A stretch of DNA of 17,564 nt from Candidatus Thorarchaeota archaeon (GTDB lineage: Archaea; Asgardarchaeota; Thorarchaeia; Thorarchaeales; Thorarchaeaceae). The stretch's first letter is position 1, and each line of letters starts with the position of its first letter. Below are positions 7,765 through 15,959 of the stretch, one piece after another. The stretch lies in the NCBI GenBank assembly GCA_048884965.1, contig JBHLQH010000052.1:1-17564 (forward strand), given 5' to 3'. The notes beneath the pieces were generated by a model, which was not told where the DNA came from, ran no database searches, and worked only from the letters and a program-made list of their open reading frames with translations. The position numbers and the translations under genes are program-made.

Positions 7765-10700
7765 CTATTCTCCATCTTCATTGGGTTTGTGCTCCTCTTG
7801 GATCTTGTCTAGATAGTCAAGAGCGGTGCCAAGATCCTCCTTTCCTTCCATCATGGATGCAGTCCGCTGCTCGACGAACTTACGAATACGTTTCATCGAT
7901 AGAGCGATAACTAGGATGACTCCGATGCCAAAGACCCCCAGAGCAATGAGGATCTGCTCCACAGGCAGGCCGGGTTCAGTTGGTGTTGGGGTACTCGGAG
8001 TTGTTGTTGGTGTTGTGCTAGCTGTTTGAACAGTTATTCTCATTGAATCTGAACGAGAGTTGCCATACATATCCGAGATGATGATATCGATGGTATAGAT
8101 ACCGATCTCGAGGACAGTCTTATTCTCTATATAGCCCGGACTGCTGAACATGAAGTGGGTAGTATCATTCACGGACCAATAGATCGCTCCAGATGAGTCC
8201 GTGGCAGACATTTGATAACCGAATGACAATCCATACGAGATGGCTCGATTCTGAGGAGCAATGATCCAGTCTGGTGGTGTGGTGTCCCTCACCTGCACAA
8301 TTAAGGAGCCTTCCAAGATGTTTCCATAGAAGTCCTCAACCTCTACTGTGATGCTATAGTTACCAACAGCCAGATTGACCTCGCTTCTAAGTACACCTAG
8401 TACATCAATTGAGAAGTTAACTTCATCATTGATTCTCCATTCCAAATCCAGATTCTCTGAAAGGTCAGAGGCTTTGAGTCTATAGTAGAGGTCATGATCA
8501 AACTCAACCTGCAATATCTCAGGAAAGTCCACCCAATGAGGATCTGTCGTGTCCTCAACGATGATGGTGTATTCAGTGCGGTCCCAATTATCATACTCGT
8601 CGAAAACTGTGATATTGAAGGTATATTCGCCAACAGGTACAGAGCTCTTGTTAGTCAACAAGCCAGTCGTTGAGATTGAGAAGTAGATTGAGATTGGCAT
8701 GGTCCATTGAGAGATATCAGAGAGATCGAATGCTGAAAATTGTACCATGATGGAATCCCCGAATTCCATTATAAGAGGAGAAGAAGGACTCAGTCCGGTA
8801 GGAGCTGTTGTGTCAATGATGAACACTGTGAACTCGACATCCAAGATTCCACCAAAGGTATCATTCACAAAGATATGAAGCCCGTAGGGACTTACAGGTA
8901 GAAGGGTGATATTTCTGATGACACCAAAGTCATCGATATCAAAGTTCTCCGTATCATTCAGCCACCATGTATCGAGACCTGATAGATCAGTAGCATTCAG
9001 ATCCCAGTGAAATGCAGCACCGAACTCCCATTCGATGTCATCAGGGGACTGATCCCATGTCGGGGGCGTTTGGTCCTCGACAATGACTAGGAACGTAGCA
9101 TTCTGGTAGTTGGAATAGGTGTCCTCCACGCCAATTGAAAGTGGATACGTTCCGACCTCCAAGTTTGTGACATTCCGGATGATTCCTGCAGCATCTATGG
9201 AAAAGTGAATCGTGTCATTGAGATACCATGTCACGCTGCCAGAGAGGTCAGTAGCATTGATGTCATAGACAAAAGGAAAATCTAGCTCAACATGTTTGTC
9301 TATTGGAGGCTCGATCCATGAGGGACTTGTAGTATCTTGGACCGTGACCTTCATCGTTGAGCTAATTGAGTTCCCATGGGCATCAGTGACATTGATTCTG
9401 ATGAAATACTCTCCCACGAGAAGAGGTGTTGCATTCCCTAGGAGTCCATCTCCCGATAGAGAGAACCACGTGGTGTCATTAACCCACCAATCAGATAGGA
9501 TAGATAAATCGTAAGCAGCAAGTTGAAACTCCAGCTCATCACCGAACTCGACAATCGTATCAGCTGGCGCAGTAGTCCAGATAGGTTCAGTGGTATCTTC
9601 GATAATAATGGTCAGATCTGCATACAATGTGTTGTCATACGTGTCATTCACATAGATGCGTATGCCATAGGTTCCAGCGTCTAGAATCTTCACATTCTCA
9701 ATTATTCCAGTGGGACCGATGTCAAAGTCAATTGTGGTATTCAACCACCATGAATGCAACCCGGAGGGATCAGTTGCGTTCAAATCGTAGTAGAAGTCAT
9801 CACCAAGCTCGGATGTCTGAAGCACGGGATCTTGCAGCCACGAGGGCATCGTCGTATCCTGCACTATGATAAGAAATGACTGATTGATGGCTCTACCAAA
9901 GATATCATTGACATATACCCAGAGAGGATAGACGCCCACAGGGAGAGTTGAGATATTCGATATGATGCCATCCTCATCAATCGTGAAACGTGATGTATCA
10001 TTCACAAGCCATCCTCCAAGCCCGGAGGGAGTCGTAGCATTCACATCATACAGGAAGGAACTGAGATACTCTGAAATCTGATTAGTAGGTTCAGGATCCC
10101 AGCTTGGTGCCGGATCAAGATACTCCCAGATGCAGTATGTCGCATTGCTACTGTAGATTGTGAAGACGCCCCACAGGTCATCGCCATCAGCGCTTGACAC
10201 CTTGTAGCCCTTTTGTCCGGGAGCATAGAGAACGAAGACAGTGTCGTTGACATGAAGCGTTCCTGTATAGGCAGTATATGCAAGGTGCTCATCGGCATAG
10301 TAGTACTCTGCCCACATTAGAATTCCAGAAGCATTGGTACCAGGGTTCACCATGGATTCAGTAGGATTCGATATGAAACAGAAGAGCTCATCCCAGTAGA
10401 TAGTCACACTCTGCGCATTCATATCTATCGAGCTGATATTATGGGAGTTTGTTGATATGATTGTGATTTTGCTGTAGGTGGAAAAGTTGAGCTCATTGGG
10501 AGTGCGAGATGCTTCCCATACATCATTGCCCAGCCAGCTCATCGAGATACCATTCAGCGAATATTCTCCATCTGTCACATTCGTTCCATCATAGGCATAC
10601 TGGAGTCTGGCCAGCATATAGCCAGTTGTTGTGCTATCCACGATAAAGCTCGGAGAGGAGAGGTCCACACAAAGAATCTGATCCGTGATATAATCAGCAG

Positions 10701-12432
10701 AGTAGGTCGTGTCAAGCTGGTTGGAACCACCAACATTGACCACCACAGAGAAGGAATCAAGACCTATCTCATCGTCAGCGAATATATCGACTGTGAAGTT
10801 TCCGTCGGTCTCATTATAGGTGCTGAAGGTCCATGGGCTACCTGAGACATTGACACAGGACACTTGGATGTCAATAAGACTGGATTCCGGATGGAATAAA
10901 GTCGCGCCAGTATATGCCACTAGTCCAGTAGCTGTGATTGTTCCTCCGAGGTTACCCCTATTCGGAGTCCCAGCTCTGTCATCTAGAAAGAGACCACCAT
11001 CTAATGTCAAAGTTGACACTGCATCCCAGTTCGCCTCATGCCATAGAAAGTCGGACTCTGCGTCTATATCATAGACTTCGACGTAGTAGTCGACGTTCTC
11101 TATCTGAGGACACTCGAAGCTAATAGTGTAATTGAAGACGAGCTCTAGAGATGTAGGAGAAGAGCTACTAGAAGATGTAGCAACATCCAAGACGACCCGA
11201 TTACCATTTGCAGCCTCTGAGAAGGTTCCACCAATGTCATATTGGAGCGTGAAATAGTTGGTAGTCTGTGAATCATCGTAGATGCTCAAGGCTACATAGT
11301 CAATATTGGAGATGCCATCAATATCACTGACATTGACAGTAGTGGTGATGTAGTTGTATTCAGCAAGGACATCATCTGTGTTCACTAATCCTGCAGTCAC
11401 TGGTGTGACATCACATACAGGAGCAGTGTCTGTGAATGTTATATACAAACGTTTGATTAGCCAAGAATCCTGATCTCCATCACCCGACCGGAGGACATCA
11501 AATATCCTCACATAACACTCGCTACCTGTCAAGTATGTGCCTATACTCACGCTGAAATTCTCATTGCCATTGCCCGTCCAGATAGGATTGTCGGGTGTAG
11601 TATCACCTGCTTCAAAGTAGAATGTGAGGTCTTCTACAGAGCTTGTATCAGCGAAATCAACATAGAGGGTATCCACATAATATGAATCGAATGCAACACC
11701 TGTGAACTTATAGACAGCATCGAAGAGATAGTAGGTATCTGATGTCTGAACATCAATCCGCCAGTTATTGGCCTTAAAGACTAGTAATCGATCTAAGGTG
11801 CCATATGCTACCCTCACTCGAAAGTCAGAACGCCTGTATTGAGAGGATGATGAGGAAAAGGTCTGATCGCCCTCACTAGACTCAACGAAATCACCAATAG
11901 GATCCCAATTCGAGCCATCCCAGAAATAGACACTCAAACCATACTCTTCATCGCTCCAAGAGCACTCGATATTGAGTGTGAATCTAACTTGAAGAGAACC
12001 CGTAGTATCTACTGTGCTGCAATATATCTCGCCACTGTACATAGAGGAATCCTGACGGAAATATCCTCCCGAGTAGAGAATGTTGGTAGCAGACCATCCA
12101 GAGGGAGTGCTACTGAATGTTGATCGGGTCATCAGATTGTCCCAGGAATATGTCGTGGTCTGTGATTCTCTTAGTGTAGAGTAAGTCGAGCTGCTCTCAC
12201 CCATCCCGCTTGGAGGTGAAGTCAAAGTCGTTCCATAGGATTGGGATTGGACTGAATCCACATAATCATCAGGTTCAGCTGAAGTGATGTATTGTCGTTC
12301 ACCTTCAAGAGTTAGGCCTTCTGGGTTTAAAGCAGTCTGATGTATATCACCAGAATAGCTAGGGAACGCAAAAAGAAGACCAATAACGAGCGACAAACAA
12401 CATACAATGAGAATGCTTCTCTGGTGGCCCAC
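7765..12432 (-). CDS. Large type-I membrane cell-surface glycoprotein (adhesin-like) with eight cadherin/Ig-like repeats
   Basis: Signal peptide, ~770-aa beta-rich N-region, 8 repeats, PT-rich stalk, single TM (ILIALGVFGIGVILVIALSM), and charged tail. Many N-x-S/T sequons. GTG start preceded by GAGGATGGA. Confidence 0.88.
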   Translation of the reverse strand: MGHQRSILIVCCLSLVIGLLFAFPSYSGDIHQTALNPEGLTLEGERQYITSAEPDDYVDSVQSQSYGTTLTSPPSGMGESSSTYSTLRESQTTTYSWDNLMTRSTFSSTPSGWSATNILYSGGYFRQDSSMYSGEIYCSTVDTTGSLQVRFTLNIECSWSDEEYGLSVYFWDGSNWDPIGDFVESSEGDQTFSSSSSQYRRSDFRVRVAYGTLDRLLVFKANNWRIDVQTSDTYYLFDAVYKFTGVAFDSYYVDTLYVDFADTSSVEDLTFYFEAGDTTPDNPIWTGNGNENFSVSIGTYLTGSECYVRIFDVLRSGDGDQDSWLIKRLYITFTDTAPVCDVTPVTAGLVNTDDVLAEYNYITTTVNVSDIDGISNIDYVALSIYDDSQTTNYFTLQYDIGGTFSEAANGNRVVLDVATSSSSSSPTSLELVFNYTISFECPQIENVDYYVEVYDIDAESDFLWHEANWDAVSTLTLDGGLFLDDRAGTPNRGNLGGTITATGLVAYTGATLFHPESSLIDIQVSCVNVSGSPWTFSTYNETDGNFTVDIFADDEIGLDSFSVVVNVGGSNQLDTTYSADYITDQILCVDLSSPSFIVDSTTTGYMLARLQYAYDGTNVTDGEYSLNGISMSWLGNDVWEASRTPNELNFSTYSKITIISTNSHNISSIDMNAQSVTIYWDELFCFISNPTESMVNPGTNASGILMWAEYYYADEHLAYTAYTGTLHVNDTVFVLYAPGQKGYKVSSADGDDLWGVFTIYSSNATYCIWEYLDPAPSWDPEPTNQISEYLSSFLYDVNATTPSGLGGWLVNDTSRFTIDEDGIISNISTLPVGVYPLWVYVNDIFGRAINQSFLIIVQDTTMPSWLQDPVLQTSELGDDFYYDLNATDPSGLHSWWLNTTIDFDIGPTGIIENVKILDAGTYGIRIYVNDTYDNTLYADLTIIIEDTTEPIWTTAPADTIVEFGDELEFQLAAYDLSILSDWWVNDTTWFSLSGDGLLGNATPLLVGEYFIRINVTDAHGNSISSTMKVTVQDTTSPSWIEPPIDKHVELDFPFVYDINATDLSGSVTWYLNDTIHFSIDAAGIIRNVTNLEVGTYPLSIGVEDTYSNYQNATFLVIVEDQTPPTWDQSPDDIEWEFGAAFHWDLNATDLSGLDTWWLNDTENFDIDDFGVIRNITLLPVSPYGLHIFVNDTFGGILDVEFTVFIIDTTAPTGLSPSSPLIMEFGDSIMVQFSAFDLSDISQWTMPISIYFSISTTGLLTNKSSVPVGEYTFNITVFDEYDNWDRTEYTIIVEDTTDPHWVDFPEILQVEFDHDLYYRLKASDLSENLDLEWRINDEVNFSIDVLGVLRSEVNLAVGNYSITVEVEDFYGNILEGSLIVQVRDTTPPDWIIAPQNRAISYGLSFGYQMSATDSSGAIYWSVNDTTHFMFSSPGYIENKTVLEIGIYTIDIIISDMYGNSRSDSMRITVQTASTTPTTTPSTPTPTEPGLPVEQILIALGVFGIGVILVIALSMKRIRKFVEQRTASMMEGKEDLGTALDYLDKIQEEHKPNEDGE
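8026..10116 (-). repeat. Eight tandem 86-89-aa protein repeats (mostly 261-bp period)
   Basis: Repeat starts (minus strand) at 10116, 9858, 9597, 9336, 9075, 8814, 8553 and 8286. Consensus DTTxPxW...E.G..F.Y.LNATDLSG...W.LNDT..F.ID..G.I.N...L.VG.Y...I.V.D.YGN.....F.I.V. Confidence 0.92.
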
Positions 12433-12649
12433 TCCATCCTCTCTCCACTAAATCATAGACTTTGTCAATGCATCCCAAGCGCGATGCACATCCTCCAGAC
12501 TAAGTCTGACATGGTGCGTCATAGAGAGGCTCTTTAAAGTTATGTTTCCTCGTAGACGAAAAGATTCGACAGACCTAAAATGGTCCCCACGAGAAAGTTA
12601 GTGAAAATTGGTTAAATATCTACAATCCAAGTACATACCGGTATTGAAA

Positions 12650-13447
12650 ATGAATTCGGACTCTGAAAATGTGTTGAAGGCTCTCTCGAGCTCGACACGT
12701 CGTACGATCATGAGGCAGATCTCGGACAAGGGCAGTGCGACCTATACTGAGATCATGCAAGTGCTGGGTCTTGATCCAAATCTCATGAGCGGCACCTTCA
12801 ATTACCACCTGAAGGAGCTGAGCGAAGTAGGTTTGATCGAGCGGACTAACGGGGAATACCGGATAAGTGACCTTGGAAAACGTGCCCTCATCCTCGTTGA
12901 CCAAGTCGCAAAGGATGTCAAGATAGACCAATATGGTGTGCTTTCTGCGGTCATGTCCATGAGTCCTCGGAAGGAGCTCGCGCTCTTCACGAGCCAGATG
13001 GGGATGATGGCAGGTATGATCTTCACTATACTGAGCCTCATACCTTTCCTTATAGACTTCAACGCTGCTAGTCCCTTCATATGGATCAGTTCAGCATTCT
13101 TCATGATATCTCTAGGTATTGCTGTAGGCTCGACTGCGAAGATGATAGGTATTCTGAGGAAGTTCAAGGTAGGATTCTCGATCATGGTGTTCCTGTCATC
13201 GAACTGGTTCTTCATCAGATCGCCCAATAGGAATAGGTTCTTCATCATCACCATGCTGACGGTAGCATCCATTATCACGGGAGCCTTGGGTATCCTACTT
13301 GCCTTCTCAGGCGAGATCGCATGGTTCTCCATGTGGTGGTATCAGCTTGTCGTTCCATCGATCACAACAGGAATCCTTACTATCTGGCTGTATATCCGTA
13401 CTAGAAGGAGAGCCCACCAACTGGAGGAGAAGCAGAATGAGCAATGA
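12650..13447 (+). CDS. Membrane-tethered transcription regulator: ArsR-like wHTH + 4 TM
   Basis: NVLKALSSSTRRTIM...SGTFNYHLKELSEVGLIERTNGEYRISDLG followed by four hydrophobic segments. TTAAATA box at 12611-12617 favours ATG 12650 over TTG 12608. Confidence 0.88.
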   Translation: MNSDSENVLKALSSSTRRTIMRQISDKGSATYTEIMQVLGLDPNLMSGTFNYHLKELSEVGLIERTNGEYRISDLGKRALILVDQVAKDVKIDQYGVLSAVMSMSPRKELALFTSQMGMMAGMIFTILSLIPFLIDFNAASPFIWISSAFFMISLGIAVGSTAKMIGILRKFKVGFSIMVFLSSNWFFIRSPNRNRFFIITMLTVASIITGALGILLAFSGEIAWFSMWWYQLVVPSITTGILTIWLYIRTRRRAHQLEEKQNEQ

Positions 13448-13601
13448 GGAGAAGGCAGAAGGGATTGACAATGTCTTGGATCTTCTCTCTAAACCTCTCA
13501 GTCGGTACATACTCTCAGTGCTAGCGGGTGTAGACCCAGGAACCTTCAAGGGTAAGATACAGGAACATGATGACGCTACGAATATCGATGACAACCATTG
13601 A
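13437..13601 (+). CDS. 54-aa microprotein (or truncated wHTH remnant) resembling the first helices of ArsR-type regulators
   Basis: GGAGG at 13423-13427; ATG overlaps the end of the upstream gene. Sequence MSNEEKAEGIDNVLDLLSKPLSRYILSVLAGVDPG...; ends TGA-TAG before a terminator. Confidence 0.55.
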   Translation: MSNEEKAEGIDNVLDLLSKPLSRYILSVLAGVDPGTFKGKIQEHDDATNIDDNH

Positions 13602-13630
13602 TAGGTCATGATCCTGTTTGATGGGATTCG

Positions 13631-13660
13631 GTCCTTGATCATGTCAAGGACGCTTTTTTT
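13631..13660 (+). terminator. Hairpin + oligo-T terminator
   Basis: GTCCTTGA-tcatg-TCAAGGAC followed by GC and T7. Confidence 0.65.
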
Positions 13661-13753
13661 CTATACGAAGTCATCTCCAAAAAGTGATGAACCATCCAGT
13701 AAACACAGAAAAGTGTGCATGAGGTAGATATCTCATATTGGAGTGGTTAGAAC

Positions 13754-14071
13754 ATGGTCAAGATTAGTCCATTCGTGAAATTGCTCAGAGGAGAGTATGA
13801 GCTCACAGTCATCCTTCTCCTCACACGACTAAAGGGAAAGGCAAGAGCAGATGAGATTATCAAGAAAGGCCTAGAAACCAAGACCCTTCCTGCTTTGAAT
13901 GGAGCGAGGGTTGCTGGAGTCCGCAAGTTCCTCCTCGATAATGAGCTCATCACCATCGAGAAAGAGGGGAATGAGATCATCCACACCCTCACGAGGAAAG
14001 GCGATAAGCTCGGTAGACTCCTCAGCTCGATATCAGACTTCATAGTGAAGGATCTGAAGTGGGAGCGATAG
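13754..14071 (+). CDS. Small winged-helix regulator (MarR/HxlR-like)
   Basis: LLDNELITIEKEGNEIIHTLTRKGDKLGRLL wing/LTxxG motif. GGAGTGG RBS-like sequence upstream. Confidence 0.75.
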   Translation: MVKISPFVKLLRGEYELTVILLLTRLKGKARADEIIKKGLETKTLPALNGARVAGVRKFLLDNELITIEKEGNEIIHTLTRKGDKLGRLLSSISDFIVKDLKWER

Positions 14072-14100
14072 TCATAATCAGGAAGTAACAAAGAAATAGA

Positions 14101-14180
14101 CCCTCAGAGAACTGTCAAAATTCTGAGGGGTATCACACACCTATCTTACGTATCTTTCTGGCCTATGGTGTGTGGACAGT
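14101..14180. other. Candidate structured RNA/DNA element: two hairpins plus a possible pseudoknot
   Basis: CCCTCAGA 14101-14108 pairs with TCTGAGGG 14122-14129; CACACACC 14134-14141 with GGTGTGTG 14167-14174; loop ACTGTC 14111-14116 with GACAGT 14175-14180. Confidence 0.45.
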
Positions 14181-14238
14181 ACAAAACGCATTTCGAGTGA
14201 TTCTTGTCATATTCTAAGGTCGTCTGAAGTTGTCTGTA

Positions 14239-14490
14239 CTACTTCTTCTTGTGTTTGGCTTGGTCGTACTTGTTCCAGTGATCTATCGACGCAGTATGTC
14301 CTCTTGATTTGAGCTCTGAATGAACATGTTCTTTTATTGCCGCGCTTGTCATCTGAGCGTCTGTTCGCTTCGACAACGAGCTAGCAATTGTCCGAGCATC
14401 TTCATAAGGGACACCTGTCTTCACAATACTTACTACGACTTTCTCAGGCATATACGCCTCGATCGAGCCATCTCTCTTTTTCACTTTCAT
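14239..14490 (-). CDS. Stand-alone ATP-cone domain protein
   Basis: MKVKKRDGSIEAYMPEKVVVSIVKTG ... MTSAAIKEHVHSEL matches the ATP-cone pattern (VxKRDG..E.F..EKI). GAAGGT RBS-like sequence upstream. Confidence 0.9.
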   Translation of the reverse strand: MKVKKRDGSIEAYMPEKVVVSIVKTGVPYEDARTIASSLSKRTDAQMTSAAIKEHVHSELKSRGHTASIDHWNKYDQAKHKKK

Positions 14491-14647
14491 AGGAATACCT
14501 TCTAAATCGGGAATCTTTTGTTCCCATTAACGCTTGGTAAAATATTCAAATAACTTTTGAGGAATACTAACATCCACTCGTCGGTTCTGATTGTTCCACC
14601 TATGATTCAGGTTCTATATCTATCGCGGAGGTTTCCTCCTCATGGAA

Positions 14648-14665
14648 TGAAATCTTTAGATTTCA
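14648..14665. promoter_or_regulatory. Perfect 8+2+8 palindrome, candidate operator
   Basis: TGAAATCT-TT-AGATTTCA between the divergent ATP-cone and Kelch genes. Confidence 0.5.
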
Positions 14666-14767
14666 GAAGAAAGAGAGGAGAGGCTCATGATGCAAGATTG
14701 CGCCGATATCCCTCCTTTTTACTCCACGGTCATATCTAGTATCACCAATTCCGTGTAGGAGATACTT

Positions 14768-15937
14768 GTGAAAGGCCAAGGTCCAGTAGCACTACTAATC
14801 CTGTTCTTATTGGGATGTATTGTAGTCATTCAACCGCCAGTAACAGCGCTGCAAGAGCCGGAGACTCCACCCGCAAGAGGTGGTCATGCGATGGCCTATG
14901 ACCCTCAGAATGAGGTGACAGTGCTCTTTGGGGGATACAACTTTGAAGGTGGATATCATTCTATAGGGGACACTTGGGTCTACTCCTACCAGCTGAATAC
15001 ATGGACAGAGCTTGATCTAGCTGTTTCTCCTCCTGCACGGGATTCGCATAGCATGGTCTACTGTAATGGCACGAACGAGATCATTATGTTCGGAACCTAC
15101 AGTGTGGGTGACTATGCAGATATATGGTCATTCGACTGTGATACTCAGACATGGTCCGAGATAATCACCACAGTGAGTCCGGGGAATCATTGGTGTCATG
15201 CGATGGCGTATGATCCAGAGGAGAATGCCATCATCCTCTTCGGAGGCTTCTCAGGAGAGGGACGTGAAGGTGATGACACCTGGAAATTCGACCTGTTGAC
15301 TAGGGACTGGACTGAGCTTCATCCAGCAACAGTCCCACTGGCTCGATATGGACATGTGATGGTCTACGACGAGAGCATTGGCTTGATCGTCATGTCCAAT
15401 GGGAATACCGCATATCAAGGCCATCAGGATGACACGTGGGTGTACGATACTTCCGCGAACACATGGACAGAGGTGTCCACAACCGGGGACCCGGGAAACC
15501 TGAAGTGGCCTGGAATGGTCTATGATTCGATCAATCAGAGGTGTATCCTGTTCGGCGGGCAGGTGGGCGATGACCCTGTGGATGAAACCATGGTCTATAA
15601 CGGGCAATCGGAAACATGGACCAATGCGCATCCGGATTCGAGCCCTAGCAGGAGGATCACACCGGGAATGGCGTTCGACTCAGCAAACGAGGTCGTCATA
15701 CTGTTCGGAGGCGCAGCCCCTGACTATAGCCCACTTGGAGATACGTGGGCCTTCTCCTTTGATGAGAACACTTGGACGGATATGAGCACCGAGCCAACTG
15801 GCACTTCCACTACTGGGACAACAGGTACGGATCCAGCAAATCCGACCCCTCTCGGGATAGAAGTTATGCTCCTATTCGCGTCGCCAATTATCGTTGCAGT
15901 CGCTGTAGTTGGAGTCTATTTCATCCGCCGGAGATAG
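14768..15937 (+). CDS. Secreted, C-terminally anchored six-blade Kelch-repeat protein
   Basis: Signal peptide; six repeats P.AR..H.M.YD.....ILFGG......DTW.Y.....TW; Thr-rich linker; TM followed by RRR. AGGAGA RBS before GTG. Confidence 0.92.
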   Translation: MKGQGPVALLILFLLGCIVVIQPPVTALQEPETPPARGGHAMAYDPQNEVTVLFGGYNFEGGYHSIGDTWVYSYQLNTWTELDLAVSPPARDSHSMVYCNGTNEIIMFGTYSVGDYADIWSFDCDTQTWSEIITTVSPGNHWCHAMAYDPEENAIILFGGFSGEGREGDDTWKFDLLTRDWTELHPATVPLARYGHVMVYDESIGLIVMSNGNTAYQGHQDDTWVYDTSANTWTEVSTTGDPGNLKWPGMVYDSINQRCILFGGQVGDDPVDETMVYNGQSETWTNAHPDSSPSRRITPGMAFDSANEVVILFGGAAPDYSPLGDTWAFSFDENTWTDMSTEPTGTSTTGTTGTDPANPTPLGIEVMLLFASPIIVAVAVVGVYFIRRR

Positions 15938-15959
15938 ACAAGAAGAATCAATACCAGAC

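Noticed and set aside
8026-10116. CRISPR array or DNA tandem repeat
   Set aside because: Periodicity is at the protein level with diverged codons; there are no identical repeats with spacers.
12496-12508. Palindrome CAGACT-A-AGTCTG upstream of the giant surface gene
   Set aside because: Single 6-bp-arm site, expected by chance at this scale; no second copy noticed.
13599-13660. Selenocysteine read-through at TGA with a downstream hairpin as SECIS
   Set aside because: TGA is immediately followed by TAG, and the hairpin plus T7 fits a terminator.
13684-13750. C-box GTGATGA suggesting a C/D sRNA
   Set aside because: No downstream CTGA D box or terminal stem.
14557-14739. 60-aa intergenic ORF
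   Set aside because: TTG start, no RBS, unnatural composition, and it overlaps probable regulatory sequence.
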